Below are positions 19,093 through 29,262 of a stretch of DNA of 64,000 nt, piece after piece. Both the position numbers and the translations under genes were made by a program. The first letter of the stretch is position 1. Each line of letters begins with the position of its first letter. The stretch is from Carpediemonas membranifera BICM (Eukaryota > Protista > Fornicata), in the NCBI GenBank assembly GCA_019828565.1, contig JAHDYR010000031.1, positions 102,046 to 166,045 on the forward strand. Reading direction: 5' to 3'. The notes under the pieces are model-generated. The model made no database searches. It was given only the letters and a program-made list of their open reading frames with translations, and had not been told where the DNA came from.

Positions 19093-21810
19093 TTACTCGG
19101 ATTCATCCTCTTCCGGCGCCCGCTTCTCACCGTCGACCTGGAGGGCCTTTCGCCGCCGCTCATCGGTCTTCTCGGTCTCAGCGCCCCAGATCTCTCCAAG
19201 AACGCCCGCGTACATGCGCACCAGGCCCCGCAGCTTGGTCTTCAGCATGGCTAAGCGCTCGTCCGGTCTGATGCTGGCGGCCTTGTCCCCGAGGGCGACG
19301 AGCGCGGCGTCCTCCAGGCTGAGGCGCTGCAGCCCGACCGTGATCAGCATGCACGCGATATTGTCGATCTCCGTGATGCTGTGATCAGTGGGGTCGAGGG
19401 GGCTGAGCTGTCTGCCCACGGTGAGGCGGGCCAGGGCGGGCAGCACGTCCATCACCTGGCCTGGGTCGATGATCACCTCAGAGGCGTACGCTGTCAGCCG
19501 TGCAATGTCCTGCGCCGTCTGCCGCGCGCTGCTGGCCGCCCTGGCCCCGGGCCTGAGGGCAGCGGCCAGACCGGCCATGTCGATGGTGGTCTCAGCCTCG
19601 AAGCATCCAGGGACGTCAAGCAGGACCCTGAGCAGGCCTAGGGGAAGTCGGCTCAGGGTGGGCGTGGCCAGCTTGGCCGCCAGCCGCCTGACGAACTCCG
19701 TCCGGATGGGGGCAACCCAGTCGGTCGACCCGCCCAGCTGCTTCACACACACGACGCTGTGCTCGCCAGTCAGTGCTGACGGGGTGTCCGACAGGTACAC
19801 GGGCGTCAACCCCGCTCTCGTCCAGAACCGGAGCAGCGGCTCGGTCGCCCCGAACGACGTGCCGAGCCAGTCGACACTGTCCGGCTCGAGGTCCGCGACG
19901 TTCCTCAGAGGCCCGCGCTTACCCGTGCCCTCGGCGCTGATCTGGCCGCGGTAGTGCCGCTCCAGCAGCCGCAGGGCCATGCTGCCGTAGCCCTTGCCCT
20001 GGAAGCTGGGGTGAGCCGCCACCCTGACGACGCGGGCGCCGGTCATGGCGCTGAGGTCGTTGTTGTGGGCGCCGTATGCACCGGTCAGGGTCCACGGGAT
20101 GAGGTCGCCCTGGCCCGTCTGGCCCTTGGCGTACAGGGCATCGCGGGCGGCCGGGGTGATGACGCCCTCGAGCGACACCTGGACGACGCAGACGATGCTG
20201 GGGGTGCAGGTGTAGTCGATGAGCACGAACAGCCGCTGCGTGGGTCCGTCGGACAGCAGCTGCACGTCGCTGGGGCTGAAGCGGTAGTGGGAGGCCGCCA
20301 GCAGGCCCATGACGGTGTGCAGCACCTGCTCGCTGAGGACCCCGCGGCACCCGCCGGAGAAGAGCCAGTCGAGGTCAACCTGGAAGAGGGCGGGCTCGCT
20401 GTCGACCGATGGGGCCGCGATCTTGAGGCCTGACTCGGCGCCGACGTCGAGACACAGCAGCTTGTACAGCCACGCCTCTACAAAGTCGCCCAGGCCATAC
20501 CGGATGGGCGCCTTCATGTGGACCTTGACGGCCCCGTCGGTGGCGTCCCTCAGCTTCAAGGCCAGCGCCCTTCCCGTGCCCTCGTATCCGTTGACAGTGC
20601 TGCTGAGGATTATCTTGCCCTGGAAGGCCAGCAAGACCCGCATCGCCGTGGTGGGGACGGCCGCGGCCTCGTCTACCACGAGCAGCTGGGTCCTGGGGGG
20701 TATGGGGCTGTCAGCGGGCTCGAACAGCACTGTCTGGGCCACCCCCGCGGTCACATAGACGGCAGTGGTCATGTGGTTGTCCGTAGTAACGCGCACGTCC
20801 CCCCGCTCGACGCCCAGGGCCCGCAGACCGCGTTGGGTGAACCGGAAGACCTCCTGGACTGAGTCGGGGGTCATTGCGGCGACCGTGACGAAACCCACCC
20901 CCGCCTTGAGGGCAGCGGCGACAGTAAGACCGACAGCCGCGCTCTTCCCACGGCCACGGTCCGCATCGAGGTAAACGATGCGACCCGCCCCGCCGACGCG
21001 GGTCTCGGGGTCGACGAAGGGCACTGTCTTCTGCAGAGCCCGGGCCTGATCCTCTGAGGCGCATAGCCCGACGATCTGGCCGAGCGTCGTGGTCGTATCG
21101 GCCTCGGTCCTGATGAGCTCGAAGGAGGCGGCAGCCCTCTTCACCTGGCGGGCCGTCTCGTCCGGGACCTGCCACGAGGCCTGGCCGGTCTGGTTGGCCA
21201 CCGACCAGTCCTGGTTGACGACGGTGGTGACGGGGCACTCGCCGAGGCCGGCCGCGAGCCGACGGTTGAAGCGGTTCACCGCGGTGCAGCCCTCCACGGC
21301 CGTCGTCATCCTGCCAGTGGACTCGGCAACGACATCAGCAAGCTGCCCCACCTCCTGCATGCCCTCGAGCAACAGGACGACGACACCGCCGCCGGACACG
21401 CACTCAACAACGCGTGCAAGGGCGTTGGGTGAGATCGCCGCCGGATCGTCGAGGACGAGGAAGTTGTATGTCCTTCCGAGGATCCTATTGGTCTTGGAGT
21501 ACTTGACACTCTCGATCTGGCTGGGCAGCAGGCCGTGGCTCTTCTTCTGGGTCCGAGGATCCTGCTCCTTGAAGCACCACAGCACGTCCATCGGACGGAA
21601 ATCGTAATCCGGCGTCTTAGCTAGCCTGTGTGCTCTATAGGTTTCATACAGAGTCCCGAGCTTATCTATTGTGTGCTCGCCCAAGAGCACAAAGAGGGAG
21701 CGATAGTTCACGCCAATACAGTGCTTAATGCAATCAGAGATGTATCCATTCGACAGAGGAGCACTTGATACACCCTTGCCTTTCTCCTTGCGCTTCTCGT
21801 CGCGGGCCAT
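19093..21810 (-). CDS. NAT10: RNA cytidine acetyltransferase NAT10/Kre33 (TmcA family)
   Basis: ADRGRGKSAAVG, VDEAAA, SSTVNGYEGTGR, ASHYRFSPSD, RVAAHPSFQGKGYGS. Confidence 0.95.
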   Translation of the reverse strand: MARDEKRKEKGKGVSSAPLSNGYISDCIKHCIGVNYRSLFVLLGEHTIDKLGTLYETYRAHRLAKTPDYDFRPMDVLWCFKEQDPRTQKKSHGLLPSQIESVKYSKTNRILGRTYNFLVLDDPAAISPNALARVVECVSGGGVVVLLLEGMQEVGQLADVVAESTGRMTTAVEGCTAVNRFNRRLAAGLGECPVTTVVNQDWSVANQTGQASWQVPDETARQVKRAAASFELIRTEADTTTTLGQIVGLCASEDQARALQKTVPFVDPETRVGGAGRIVYLDADRGRGKSAAVGLTVAAALKAGVGFVTVAAMTPDSVQEVFRFTQRGLRALGVERGDVRVTTDNHMTTAVYVTAGVAQTVLFEPADSPIPPRTQLLVVDEAAAVPTTAMRVLLAFQGKIILSSTVNGYEGTGRALALKLRDATDGAVKVHMKAPIRYGLGDFVEAWLYKLLCLDVGAESGLKIAAPSVDSEPALFQVDLDWLFSGGCRGVLSEQVLHTVMGLLAASHYRFSPSDVQLLSDGPTQRLFVLIDYTCTPSIVCVVQVSLEGVITPAARDALYAKGQTGQGDLIPWTLTGAYGAHNNDLSAMTGARVVRVAAHPSFQGKGYGSMALRLLERHYRGQISAEGTGKRGPLRNVADLEPDSVDWLGTSFGATEPLLRFWTRAGLTPVYLSDTPSALTGEHSVVCVKQLGGSTDWVAPIRTEFVRRLAAKLATPTLSRLPLGLLRVLLDVPGCFEAETTIDMAGLAAALRPGARAASSARQTAQDIARLTAYASEVIIDPGQVMDVLPALARLTVGRQLSPLDPTDHSITEIDNIACMLITVGLQRLSLEDAALVALGDKAASIRPDERLAMLKTKLRGLVRMYAGVLGEIWGAETEKTDERRRKALQVDGEKRAPEEDESE

Positions 21811-21823
21811 CCAGTCGCTTCAT

Positions 21824-21936
21824 GCATAAACTGCGGCGCGCATCAAACGTCGAGGATTGAGTCGCGTCGATGATCACTTGCGCATATGATGCCCCATACA
21901 CCCTCGGGCAGAGTGATCTCAATGTGCAGTTTAAGG
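21824..21936. promoter_or_regulatory. Bidirectional promoter with two oppositely oriented GCAGTTTAWG motifs
   Basis: gcataaactgc at 21824-21834 precedes the NAT10 ATG and gcagtttaagg at 21926-21936 precedes the 21971 ATG. The same motif precedes several other starts. Confidence 0.5.
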
Positions 21937-21970
21937 CAAAAACTGTGCTGTTGAACAGAAATATCCCCAT

Positions 21971-22255
21971 ATGGCTTCTGCATTGAAAGCACGCATAGCT
22001 CTCGATTACAAATTGGCTGATGCGACAGAAAATTGCCGTGTAGCCACCAAAAATGACATAGTCGCTGCATGGGAAGGTAAGGCCGATCGCAAAGCGGCGT
22101 CCCGGCAGGAGCAGAGGGCGCGAGCTCAAATCGAGGAAGGCTACAAGACAGCGCGAGAGGAGGACATCCAGCGGCGCCGTGAGGAGCTCCGGGCCGTGTT
22201 CGAGGCAGACTCGGACCGGTTTGCCGCCCAGATCTCCGCCCTAGCCCGCCGCTGA
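21971..22255 (+). CDS. Small coiled-coil protein, CFAP141-like
   Basis: C-terminal RRREELRAVFEADSDRFAAQI resembles small axonemal inner proteins. Confidence 0.4.
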   Translation: MASALKARIALDYKLADATENCRVATKNDIVAAWEGKADRKAASRQEQRARAQIEEGYKTAREEDIQRRREELRAVFEADSDRFAAQISALARR

Positions 22256-22304
22256 GAGCCCCCTGTGTATAAATCGCCTGCATGTTTACTCCGTCGGGCG
22301 CCAG

Positions 22305-23285
22305 TCACCGTGGGCGGGGTCGGGTGGGCGTCACCACCCGCTTGAGCCGGCAAAGCTGCTCGTCTTTCCGCTCGATGTCGCCCAACAGGCCCCGCAGCCG
22401 CGCCTGGGCCATAGCATCGCGGGCAAAGTCCATTGGCCTCTGCTTGGCTTCGTCCACGATACCCCTGGCGGTCTGCTCCAGCTCGGCCCGCTCCCCGTCC
22501 AAACTGCTCAGCAAACGCCGCGCCTCCTTGTCTGTCTGTGCGGCGGGCAGCCTTGGTCTGGACTTGGGGCCAATGGAGGGAACCCTCGCCATGTCCCGGG
22601 GAGCCGAGCTCGGGCGGGCTCGACGCACACGCTTCGTCTTGGGCTTGGGCTCCTCTGCCCCACGGCCCATGACAAGGGCTGCCTGCAGCTGTACCAACTT
22701 AGCGACGGCGGCCTCAGCCTCCTCCTTCTCACGCTGGAGCTGGGCAATCTGCATATCCTTTTCCCGCACCTGGTTCTGCAGCTTGAGAACCTCGACTGAT
22801 GGGGCGTGCGACTCTGGTGCCCTGGCCTCCTTGTGACCCGGCACCATAGTCTGCACCATACTCTTGATCGTCTCGATCTCCCGCCGGAGTCCTGCATTCT
22901 CCAGCCTGAGGCTCTCCTCATAAGCCCGCCGGCCGGGGTCCTCGTCCCTGCTGTATCTGCGGCTTCTCTGCTCTATCGGCGCCGGGGGCGTCGGCCGGGC
23001 TGTGGCGTCCCGGTCGGGCGTGTCCCTGGTCCGGAGCGTCTCAGTCAAACGGTGCTCCGCCTGGTGGGCTGTTTCCCGCCATACACGGCTTTCATCTTCT
23101 AGGCCCTTCATTTGCTGCCCGAGAGTGCTCAGTGCTGTCAGTAGAGGCTGTGGTCTCTGTTTCGGTGGAAGGTTCCCGCTCGCAGACATTGATGGTGTCT
23201 TGTAGTACTTGATATCTAATGCTGGTGACGTCCAATGTTCTTCGTTCTCTGAAGCGCTCTCAGCAATGGAGAAATCTGCTTGCAT
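22305..23285 (-). CDS. Coiled-coil hypothetical protein
   Basis: 326-aa ORF with heptad-rich segments. Confidence 0.55.
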   Translation of the reverse strand: MQADFSIAESASENEEHWTSPALDIKYYKTPSMSASGNLPPKQRPQPLLTALSTLGQQMKGLEDESRVWRETAHQAEHRLTETLRTRDTPDRDATARPTPPAPIEQRSRRYSRDEDPGRRAYEESLRLENAGLRREIETIKSMVQTMVPGHKEARAPESHAPSVEVLKLQNQVREKDMQIAQLQREKEEAEAAVAKLVQLQAALVMGRGAEEPKPKTKRVRRARPSSAPRDMARVPSIGPKSRPRLPAAQTDKEARRLLSSLDGERAELEQTARGIVDEAKQRPMDFARDAMAQARLRGLLGDIERKDEQLCRLKRVVTPTRPRPR

Positions 23286-23820
23286 GCCACTGTGAGAATT
23301 TAGCGAAATTTTAAAGATTCGGCAAGATTCCGACTTCCCCCTGTGTGTGTTTTATGCCCCCCTCGGTCGTCTGCGGATTGAGTACCGCCAGCAGCTCCAT
23401 GATCGATCCATTCCGGTGGAGTTGGCTGTGTCGGACTCAATGGCCATCACTTGCATGGCTGGTTCAGTCGTGCCGGCAGCACCGTACCGGCGCTAACACG
23501 CATCTGGCCGCCATGTGTGAAGTAGTGTTGAGTAGCTCGGCACCACCACAAACGTATCCCGGGAACTTCGATTCGATCAGACCGCTTGAAGAACGCAGCG
23601 CCTCGGTGAACGCTTCCATACATGTACCAAAGCCGATAATTTGTGAATTGCTTTACTAGCTTCAATATGGACCTAGAACTGACCTGAAGTGACGGTCAGG
23701 AGGTCCCTGTCAATCTCCACAACCATGCCTGGTTGAGAGGTGTTCGATGGATCCGGTGGGTTCGTCGGTCTTCCGCGAGAGAACATGGTGGGTGTCAATG
23801 GAATGGATGAAATGTTGTGC

Positions 23821-25221
23821 CTAAGACTGCACCGACTCTGACCTCGCCGGAACGAGGCCAATGGGTGTGATCCGCCGCCGCCCGAGCTCGACCACCATGA
23901 GCCGCCTGATGTTAGGCATGTCCGCCTGTCGGAAGGCCGGTCCAGCCCCGAGTGCGACGCACCGCATGAACATGCTGGCGAATACACCGCAATCGAACCC
24001 GTTCAGCTGGCACGGGTGCTGGCTGAGGCGCTTCGTCATGGCGTGCCGTCTCTTCTGACTGGGCGGGGGCCTGGGGCTAGGCAGCGGCGCCTCGGGGTGG
24101 GTTGCCCCGGACGGGGGCGCCGCGTCGTCGCTGTCGCTGTCCGAGATTTCAATGCAGTCTGCGTCGTCCGGGATGCCTGCTGGCCTGTGCATCGCTCTCT
24201 TCCGGTCCTTGGCGGCCAGGACAGCCACCCGCCCGACCATCTCGGGGTCAAGGGCGGACACCCGGCCACAGATGACCGTGCGCCAGTCCTCCTTGAAGAA
24301 GGCCACTGGGTCGCCCCCGGCAGCCAGGACTTCGGCACACACGAAGCGGATGAGGTTCCACGGAATGTCCCGTCGCCGCCTGCCGAGGGAGTCGTAGTAG
24401 ACGACGACACGGGCGTCGAAGCACACAGCAGCAGCTGTCCAGTGGCTGTTATCGTGGTTGACGGGCAGCACGAGGGCGTCCAGCGTCGGCACTGACGCCC
24501 CTGTCCTGGTGGCCCATCGGCTAACGGCCTTGTAGTTGTAGCCCGAGCGGGGGCACAGTGTCGAGTAGAAGAAGGACGACAGCACGAACACCCGCCGCCC
24601 GTGCACCTTCCTGGCGTGGTTCTGCAGCAGATCCCCATAAGTGTTGATCACCTCGTCAGTAAGCCAGTCAGTTCCGAACAGCGGCGACAGTCCTCGGCGG
24701 TACAGCTGGCCCAGGATCCGCGTGTTGTAGGGCAGTCTGCGGATCTTGGTGTAGAACTGCGCGAAGCTGGGCATCCCGGCGACTTCAGCGATGGTCTGCA
24801 GGCGGGTCTTCGGCCGTACGGTGGGCTGTGGGACCTCGGAGTGCGCCGGTTCACGGGATACTGCTGCCGCTTTCTTCATTTCAATCATCCTTTCCTCGAT
24901 TGTGGGTTGCTGCTCGATGCGTCTGGGCTTGAGAGGGATTCTCACTCTCGTGCGGTGTGGTGGCGATGATACTGGCTTATCCTGCATTGATGAGCGCTTA
25001 TGGCCTCTATTTTTGACTTTCTTGCCCTTTCTGGTCCGTTTGAAGACTGGAAAGCTCAAGTTCATCAACTGCCGCCATGCAGCTCGTTCCGGATATATCA
25101 TGTCATGTAAATGCGGAAGACTGGGTGACCTCCGTGGTACGTCGCCCAGAATACAACGCAGGCTGTCTGACCACCCATTGTGCATTAATGAGCTGACTCT
25201 TTTGACCATTCCGCCGAACAC
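23821..25221 (-). CDS. Ulp1/SENP SUMO protease (peptidase C48)
   Basis: WLTDEVIN, SSFFY, NSHWT, YYDSL and QLNGFDCG give the His-Asp-Cys triad. Confidence 0.92.
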   Translation of the reverse strand: MFGGMVKRVSSLMHNGWSDSLRCILGDVPRRSPSLPHLHDMIYPERAAWRQLMNLSFPVFKRTRKGKKVKNRGHKRSSMQDKPVSSPPHRTRVRIPLKPRRIEQQPTIEERMIEMKKAAAVSREPAHSEVPQPTVRPKTRLQTIAEVAGMPSFAQFYTKIRRLPYNTRILGQLYRRGLSPLFGTDWLTDEVINTYGDLLQNHARKVHGRRVFVLSSFFYSTLCPRSGYNYKAVSRWATRTGASVPTLDALVLPVNHDNSHWTAAAVCFDARVVVYYDSLGRRRRDIPWNLIRFVCAEVLAAGGDPVAFFKEDWRTVICGRVSALDPEMVGRVAVLAAKDRKRAMHRPAGIPDDADCIEISDSDSDDAAPPSGATHPEAPLPSPRPPPSQKRRHAMTKRLSQHPCQLNGFDCGVFASMFMRCVALGAGPAFRQADMPNIRRLMVVELGRRRITPIGLVPARSESVQS

Positions 25222-25528
25222 GCATCACGACCCATAAATGATCACTACGGGTGCTGGGCTCGACAGATACTTTTCTTACCCGACTCGGTGAGTATTATGT
25301 ACCCCATATCACAATACAACACTTCAATTGAAGTCGTCTGACAAGCAGACATTGGGTATGTCAAATGTGAACCCATGGGGAATCCCGGTCGCCAACAACA
25401 TAACTCTCTCAAAATTTATCGCGACCACACTTGGTCCACGCGATAGGGCCCGGCCGAGGGCGAGGTAGCCTCCCCAGACCACCCGCCCCGGCTGATGGGC
25501 CCCTTGCTGCTCTCTTGCAGTCTCTCTT

Positions 25529-28285
25529 TCACTCGAACTCAATCTTGTCCGGCAGCCCATGTGCCATGTGGGGCGTGAAACACTTTGCCGACGTTGCGCG
25601 GTCAAGTCTCATCGTGTCGTCGATATAGCGGAGCATCGAATTGATGTCGGCCCATGTACCCTTGGCTGCGACTACATAGGGAGAAACGCCCGCCAGGACT
25701 AGGTCGGCGGCTGAGCCGCGCCTAAGCCCGTGAGCCCGTATGCTGACTCTGTGGAAGACGCCAGCCATGTAGTCTCCAAGTAGGTCGAAGGAGATGGGCG
25801 TGGATGAGAGCGAGCCATCGACGCGCGGTGCACGCCAGATAGATTCGTTCAGGTCAGATTGAGGGAGGTTCTGAATGTGACGGGCCAGCCACAGCGCAGG
25901 GGAAAGCGGGTGACCCCGCACGTCCGGTACGAGCTTGAGCACTTTAGACCTCCCGGTCTTAGTCGCCTGAATACGGATCGTTATACCGCGCGCGCCCGCG
26001 GGCTTCACGTCTCCTCCTGTCAATCCGAAGATCTCGCCTGGTCTTGAGGTCGTCGAGTAGGCCACTAGTGAGAAGGCGAAGGCTTGCACCCACGTCTTCG
26101 GTAGGGGCCCGGAGGCGGCTGCCTCTGACAGTGCTTTGTGGAAGAGTGGCAGTCTTATGGGTGGGGCCTGACCGATCGGCTTGCCGGCTGCGCCCTTTGC
26201 GGCCTCCTTAATGGCCGGACGGAAGTGTTCAGGGAGCTGGATGCCCAAGATGTCTGGCCCATGAGTGATGATGAGCTGGGCCTTCCGCATGATCGTGGTC
26301 TCGCTGCAGGAGGCTCTCTGCTGCCGCACCCAGGTAGCTACCTGCTCTACCGTGGGTGTTGTTGAGGCTAAGTCGACGAATGTCACCAGAGTACCCGCGA
26401 TGTGGCGTTTGTAGGAGTCTGAGAGGCCTCCGAGCCTGGGGTGTCCAACGAGGATGTTGAAGGCTTCAGCCGGAACGCGAGAGCCATCAGTCTGACCGTG
26501 CCATCGGCCCGTGCCGTCCTCTGTAGCTCTGTCCCATCGAATGAGCCCGGAGGAAGGCGGAAGTACCGCCTGTGGGGCGTTAAGCGCTTGAGGGCGAGGG
26601 TCGCGGCCGACACTATGTCCGGCACGAGCACTACTGCCATTGATGACCAGCTGGAGGGATCTCCGTCCTGTGAGGGGGTGGTGATGGAGGCCAGCTTCGA
26701 TAGAGTGGCCGGGATGAGGGCCCACGGGGGTGCTGCGTAGACTCTGAGGCCCTCCCACCGGGATGAGAGACCATCCTGCGCGCGAGTAAGGGGCATGAGC
26801 GGGTTTGCCCCGATCTGCAGCGTCTTGCCTTCCTGTGCTGTGACGTCCACCTGTAGAGGCCCCCAAGAGTCGATGATATGGTCGAGGACCACCTGTGGCG
26901 TGCCCCAATCGACCTTGCTGAGCCGTGACAGCCGATCCGGGCGTACATTCAGGTGCCCGCTCACGTGCACCGCCCTGAGTAGCAGTCCTCTGGCTCTCAG
27001 GCGCGGGAGGATGCGATGGAGCTCTGCAATGACTGCTTGAGGGCAGCGGGACGAGCCCTGCTTGTTGAGCCACGCCACAGCCGCCGTAGAGTCCGAGAAT
27101 ACGCGGATCTCCCGGTCCGAGACCGCTGTCTCCTGCAGCACGAAGTTGATGGCCTCCATTGCAGCGAAGAACTCCAGCTCCGTTATATGACGGTCCTTGT
27201 TGGTGCTTGTTGGTACAGAGATCGTCTTCTTCGCTCCATCGATGCTGATGACGGCTCCTGCCGCGAATTTCGAAGCATCTGAGGCTATCGTAACGTCTAG
27301 GTTGCTGGAAGTGCCCCAAAGGGAAAGTAGCTCTTTCAGGGGACGTGGAGTATGGTTGTTGAGAAGCTTCTGCCAATGGACGAGCGCATTTCGCTGCTCC
27401 TCGGGGATCTTGACTCGATGCGACTCCACGGGCTCCCAGGACTGGAGATGCCTGAGCCAAAGGCGGCCTTCCGGGACTGCTGATGACGCGAAGGACAGGT
27501 TGCCTGTCAGTCTCTTCCACTCGGCCGCTGAGGAGCCGCGGGCTAGGGCGTCGGCAATTCGCGAAGAGTACTTCTGCGCCTTGTTGCTCTCTACACGTAT
27601 CGTTCTGCGCGCGGAGTCGATCAGCATCCCTAGGAAGACGGTGACAGTGGCGGGGTCCAGCTGGGATTTCTTGATGTTCAGGATAAGGCCCAAATTTTGC
27701 AGAAAGCGCACAATCTGCGGCATGCAGCTTGTCAGGTAGTCTTTCGGCGCGAGAAAGGCCCAATCGTCTAGATATACGACGATCTTGACGTTCCATCGGG
27801 CCGAAACAAGGCGAGCAGCTTCTAGCATTATCATCTGGAAATGGAACGGTGCTGCTGACCAGCCGAATGGAAGCACGCGGAAAGCGTATGGACGCCCGTC
27901 TATCATGAAGCCGAGCAGCTTGCGGTCCTTCAGTCTGATTCCTACCTGTTGGTACCCTGACTTCAAGTCTATACGGCACATGTAGTCCCCTGGGGCAAGG
28001 AGAGTGACCAGGCGCTTCACCCCGTGCAGACGGAACGACCTGACCTCGCTGGTGATGCTGTTGAGGGAGCGAAGGTCGTGTATGAGGCGAGTATCCGTCT
28101 CGCCCTTCGGTACCAGGAAGACTGGCGAGATGAGGGCCGGACTGCGGCAAGGTACAGCCGCACCCGAGGCGAGCAGGTCCGCAAGGTGCTTCCTCAACAA
28201 CGGCTTGTCGCACGCCCGTGCTGGTGGAAGCCTGGGCTTTGAGGCTGCCTGCTGGATGTTGATGGGCACGCCGTCGCGAATCCAC
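25529..28285 (-). CDS. Tyrosine recombinase ORF with a long N-terminal overlap on RT (element 1)
   Basis: SRPGE, ATKT, HGLRRG, GTW, LRY catalytic set. Confidence 0.9.
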   Translation of the reverse strand: MDSRRRAHQHPAGSLKAQASTSTGVRQAVVEEAPCGPARLGCGCTLPQSGPHLASLPGTEGRDGYSPHTRPSLPQQHHQRGQVVPSARGEAPGHSPCPRGLHVPYRLEVRVPTGRNQTEGPQAARLHDRRASIRFPRASIRLVSSTVPFPDDNARSCSPCFGPMERQDRRISRRLGLSRAERLPDKLHAADCALSAKFGPYPEHQEIPAGPRHCHRLPRDADRLRAQNDTCREQQGAEVLFANCRRPSPRLLSGRVEETDRQPVLRVISSPGRPPLAQASPVLGARGVASSQDPRGAAKCARPLAEASQQPYSTSPERATFPLGHFQQPRRYDSLRCFEIRGRSRHQHRWSEEDDLCTNKHQQGPSYNGAGVLRCNGGHQLRAAGDSGLGPGDPRILGLYGGCGVAQQAGLVPLPSSSHCRAPSHPPAPESQRTATQGGARERAPECTPGSAVTAQQGRLGHATGGPRPYHRLLGASTGGRHSTGRQDAADRGKPAHAPYSRAGWSLIPVGGPQSLRSTPVGPHPGHSIEAGLHHHPLTGRRSLQLVINGSSARAGHSVGRDPRPQALNAPQAVLPPSSGLIRWDRATEDGTGRWHGQTDGSRVPAEAFNILVGHPRLGGLSDSYKRHIAGTLVTFVDLASTTPTVEQVATWVRQQRASCSETTIMRKAQLIITHGPDILGIQLPEHFRPAIKEAAKGAAGKPIGQAPPIRLPLFHKALSEAAASGPLPKTWVQAFAFSLVAYSTTSRPGEIFGLTGGDVKPAGARGITIRIQATKTGRSKVLKLVPDVRGHPLSPALWLARHIQNLPQSDLNESIWRAPRVDGSLSSTPISFDLLGDYMAGVFHRVSIRAHGLRRGSAADLVLAGVSPYVVAAKGTWADINSMLRYIDDTMRLDRATSAKCFTPHMAHGLPDKIEFE

Positions 28286-28476
28286 CGCACCACTTCTGAG
28301 CGCGCCCCGCAGTCTGACCAGATCTGATGATCTGTGATGGACGGGAAGGTCGGATTGGCGTACTGACTGTCGGGGAGGCGACGGAGGAAGCTGAAGAGGC
28401 CCTGGAGGAGGTGACGGAGGGGGAGACAGCCCTTGTAGGGACGGAGAGGGAGGTGGGGAGGAGTGGGGAGAGGCAA
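26383..28476 (-). CDS. Reverse transcriptase-RNase H-methyltransferase-like protein (element 1)
   Basis: IDLKSGY, LPFG, YLDD; RH SDAS, ELE, SDST, PDRLSR; MT-like WGPLQVD...YAAPPW. Confidence 0.92.
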   Translation of the reverse strand: MPLPTPPHLPLRPYKGCLPLRHLLQGLFSFLRRLPDSQYANPTFPSITDHQIWSDCGARSEVVRWIRDGVPINIQQAASKPRLPPARACDKPLLRKHLADLLASGAAVPCRSPALISPVFLVPKGETDTRLIHDLRSLNSITSEVRSFRLHGVKRLVTLLAPGDYMCRIDLKSGYQQVGIRLKDRKLLGFMIDGRPYAFRVLPFGWSAAPFHFQMIMLEAARLVSARWNVKIVVYLDDWAFLAPKDYLTSCMPQIVRFLQNLGLILNIKKSQLDPATVTVFLGMLIDSARRTIRVESNKAQKYSSRIADALARGSSAAEWKRLTGNLSFASSAVPEGRLWLRHLQSWEPVESHRVKIPEEQRNALVHWQKLLNNHTPRPLKELLSLWGTSSNLDVTIASDASKFAAGAVISIDGAKKTISVPTSTNKDRHITELEFFAAMEAINFVLQETAVSDREIRVFSDSTAAVAWLNKQGSSRCPQAVIAELHRILPRLRARGLLLRAVHVSGHLNVRPDRLSRLSKVDWGTPQVVLDHIIDSWGPLQVDVTAQEGKTLQIGANPLMPLTRAQDGLSSRWEGLRVYAAPPWALIPATLSKLASITTPSQDGDPSSWSSMAVVLVPDIVSAATLALKRLTPHRRYFRLPPGSFDGTELQRTARADGTVRLMALAFRLKPSTSSLDTPGSEASQTPTNATSRVLW

Positions 28477-28521
28477 GAGAGTGAGAGCGATCGCCTAGAG
28501 AGAGTCTTTTCGGATGTTTTC

Positions 28522-29040
28522 TTAATCTCTGGCGGGCTTGCCGCTTCGCTTCGGTGGGCGACGGGAGCGCTGAAAAGAAGCGCGTTCACGCTGGCGGTCG
28601 CCAAGCCTGGGGATCTTGGAAAGGGTGGAGAGGATCTTCTCCTCGATGATCGCCTCCGTAGCAGTTGGCTTAGCGCTGAGCAGAGCGTCAGTGGCGGTTT
28701 CCACCGCCAGGCCTACGTGGAACCCGTAGCGGTCCTTGATGGCAAGGGCCCTCTGGCGAGAGTAGAGCTTGTTGAGGAGCTCGGTTGATGAGGTGGACGC
28801 GTCAAACCGAATGGCTCGGTAGAGGCGCTGAATGAAGGCCCATTCCCCTCGCATGGAGTCCGAATGCGGAGGGGTCCAGTTGTTGGAGCGCCGTTCATCC
28901 TCAAGGTTGGAAATAAGGCCCCGCAAGGTCTTGAGCTCCTGCTCGAGTTGCTCGTTGGACTTCGGAGTTACTTCGATGTCCCGTTGTTGCTCAATGGTCT
29001 CCTGCAGTTGCTCAGGTGTCTCGTTGTTGGTCGGTGCCAT
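28522..29040 (-). CDS. gag-like ORF1 (element 1)
   Basis: Upstream of RT, with a coiled coil and basic tail; RQRALAIKD is shared with the other ORF1s. Confidence 0.7.
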   Translation of the reverse strand: MAPTNNETPEQLQETIEQQRDIEVTPKSNEQLEQELKTLRGLISNLEDERRSNNWTPPHSDSMRGEWAFIQRLYRAIRFDASTSSTELLNKLYSRQRALAIKDRYGFHVGLAVETATDALLSAKPTATEAIIEEKILSTLSKIPRLGDRQRERASFQRSRRPPKRSGKPARD

Positions 29041-29182
29041 CTCTAAAGCTTATTCCTTTGCCCTTCGTCCGAACTGACTTGCTCGGAGTTGATCTCGATC
29101 CTCTTCGCAGAATCAGATCAGCAAATCGAACCGTATCCGGCGCAGGACCCCTACGTCCTATTGAAGGCATGCCCCGCCAGTA

Positions 29183-29254
29183 GCAGCGGTGGTCTAGGGG
29201 TATGATTCCTGCTTAGGGTGCAGGAGGTCCCGGGTTCAAATCCCGGCCGCTGCC
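29183..29254 (+). tRNA. tRNA-Pro(AGG)
   Basis: Acceptor stem GCAGCGG/CCGCTGC, anticodon arm CCTGC-TTAGGGT-GCAGG, T loop GTTCAAATC; followed by TTTTT. Confidence 0.97.
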
Positions 29255-29257
29255 TAC

Positions 29258-29262
29258 TTTTT
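29258..29262 (+). terminator. RNA polymerase III terminator (T5)
   Basis: TTTTT starts 4 nt after the tRNA 3' end. Confidence 0.75.

Larger units (their letters stand above)
25303..29180 (-). mobile_element. YR retrotransposon 1 (PAT/DIRS-type); ORFs intact, termini uncertain
   Basis: gag-like, RT-RH-MT and YR ORFs. No A2/B2 repeat pair found; there is a B-like segment at about 25303-25381. Confidence 0.85.

Noticed and set aside
118-25237. Many long antisense or alternate-frame ORFs over host genes
   Set aside because: Expected shadows of GC-rich coding sequence; no motifs.
28414-28432. Partial match of Fanzor guide-2 flank (ggagggagacag) to retroelement 1
   Set aside because: Short, gapped, purine-rich match that does not extend to the scaffold-proximal seed.
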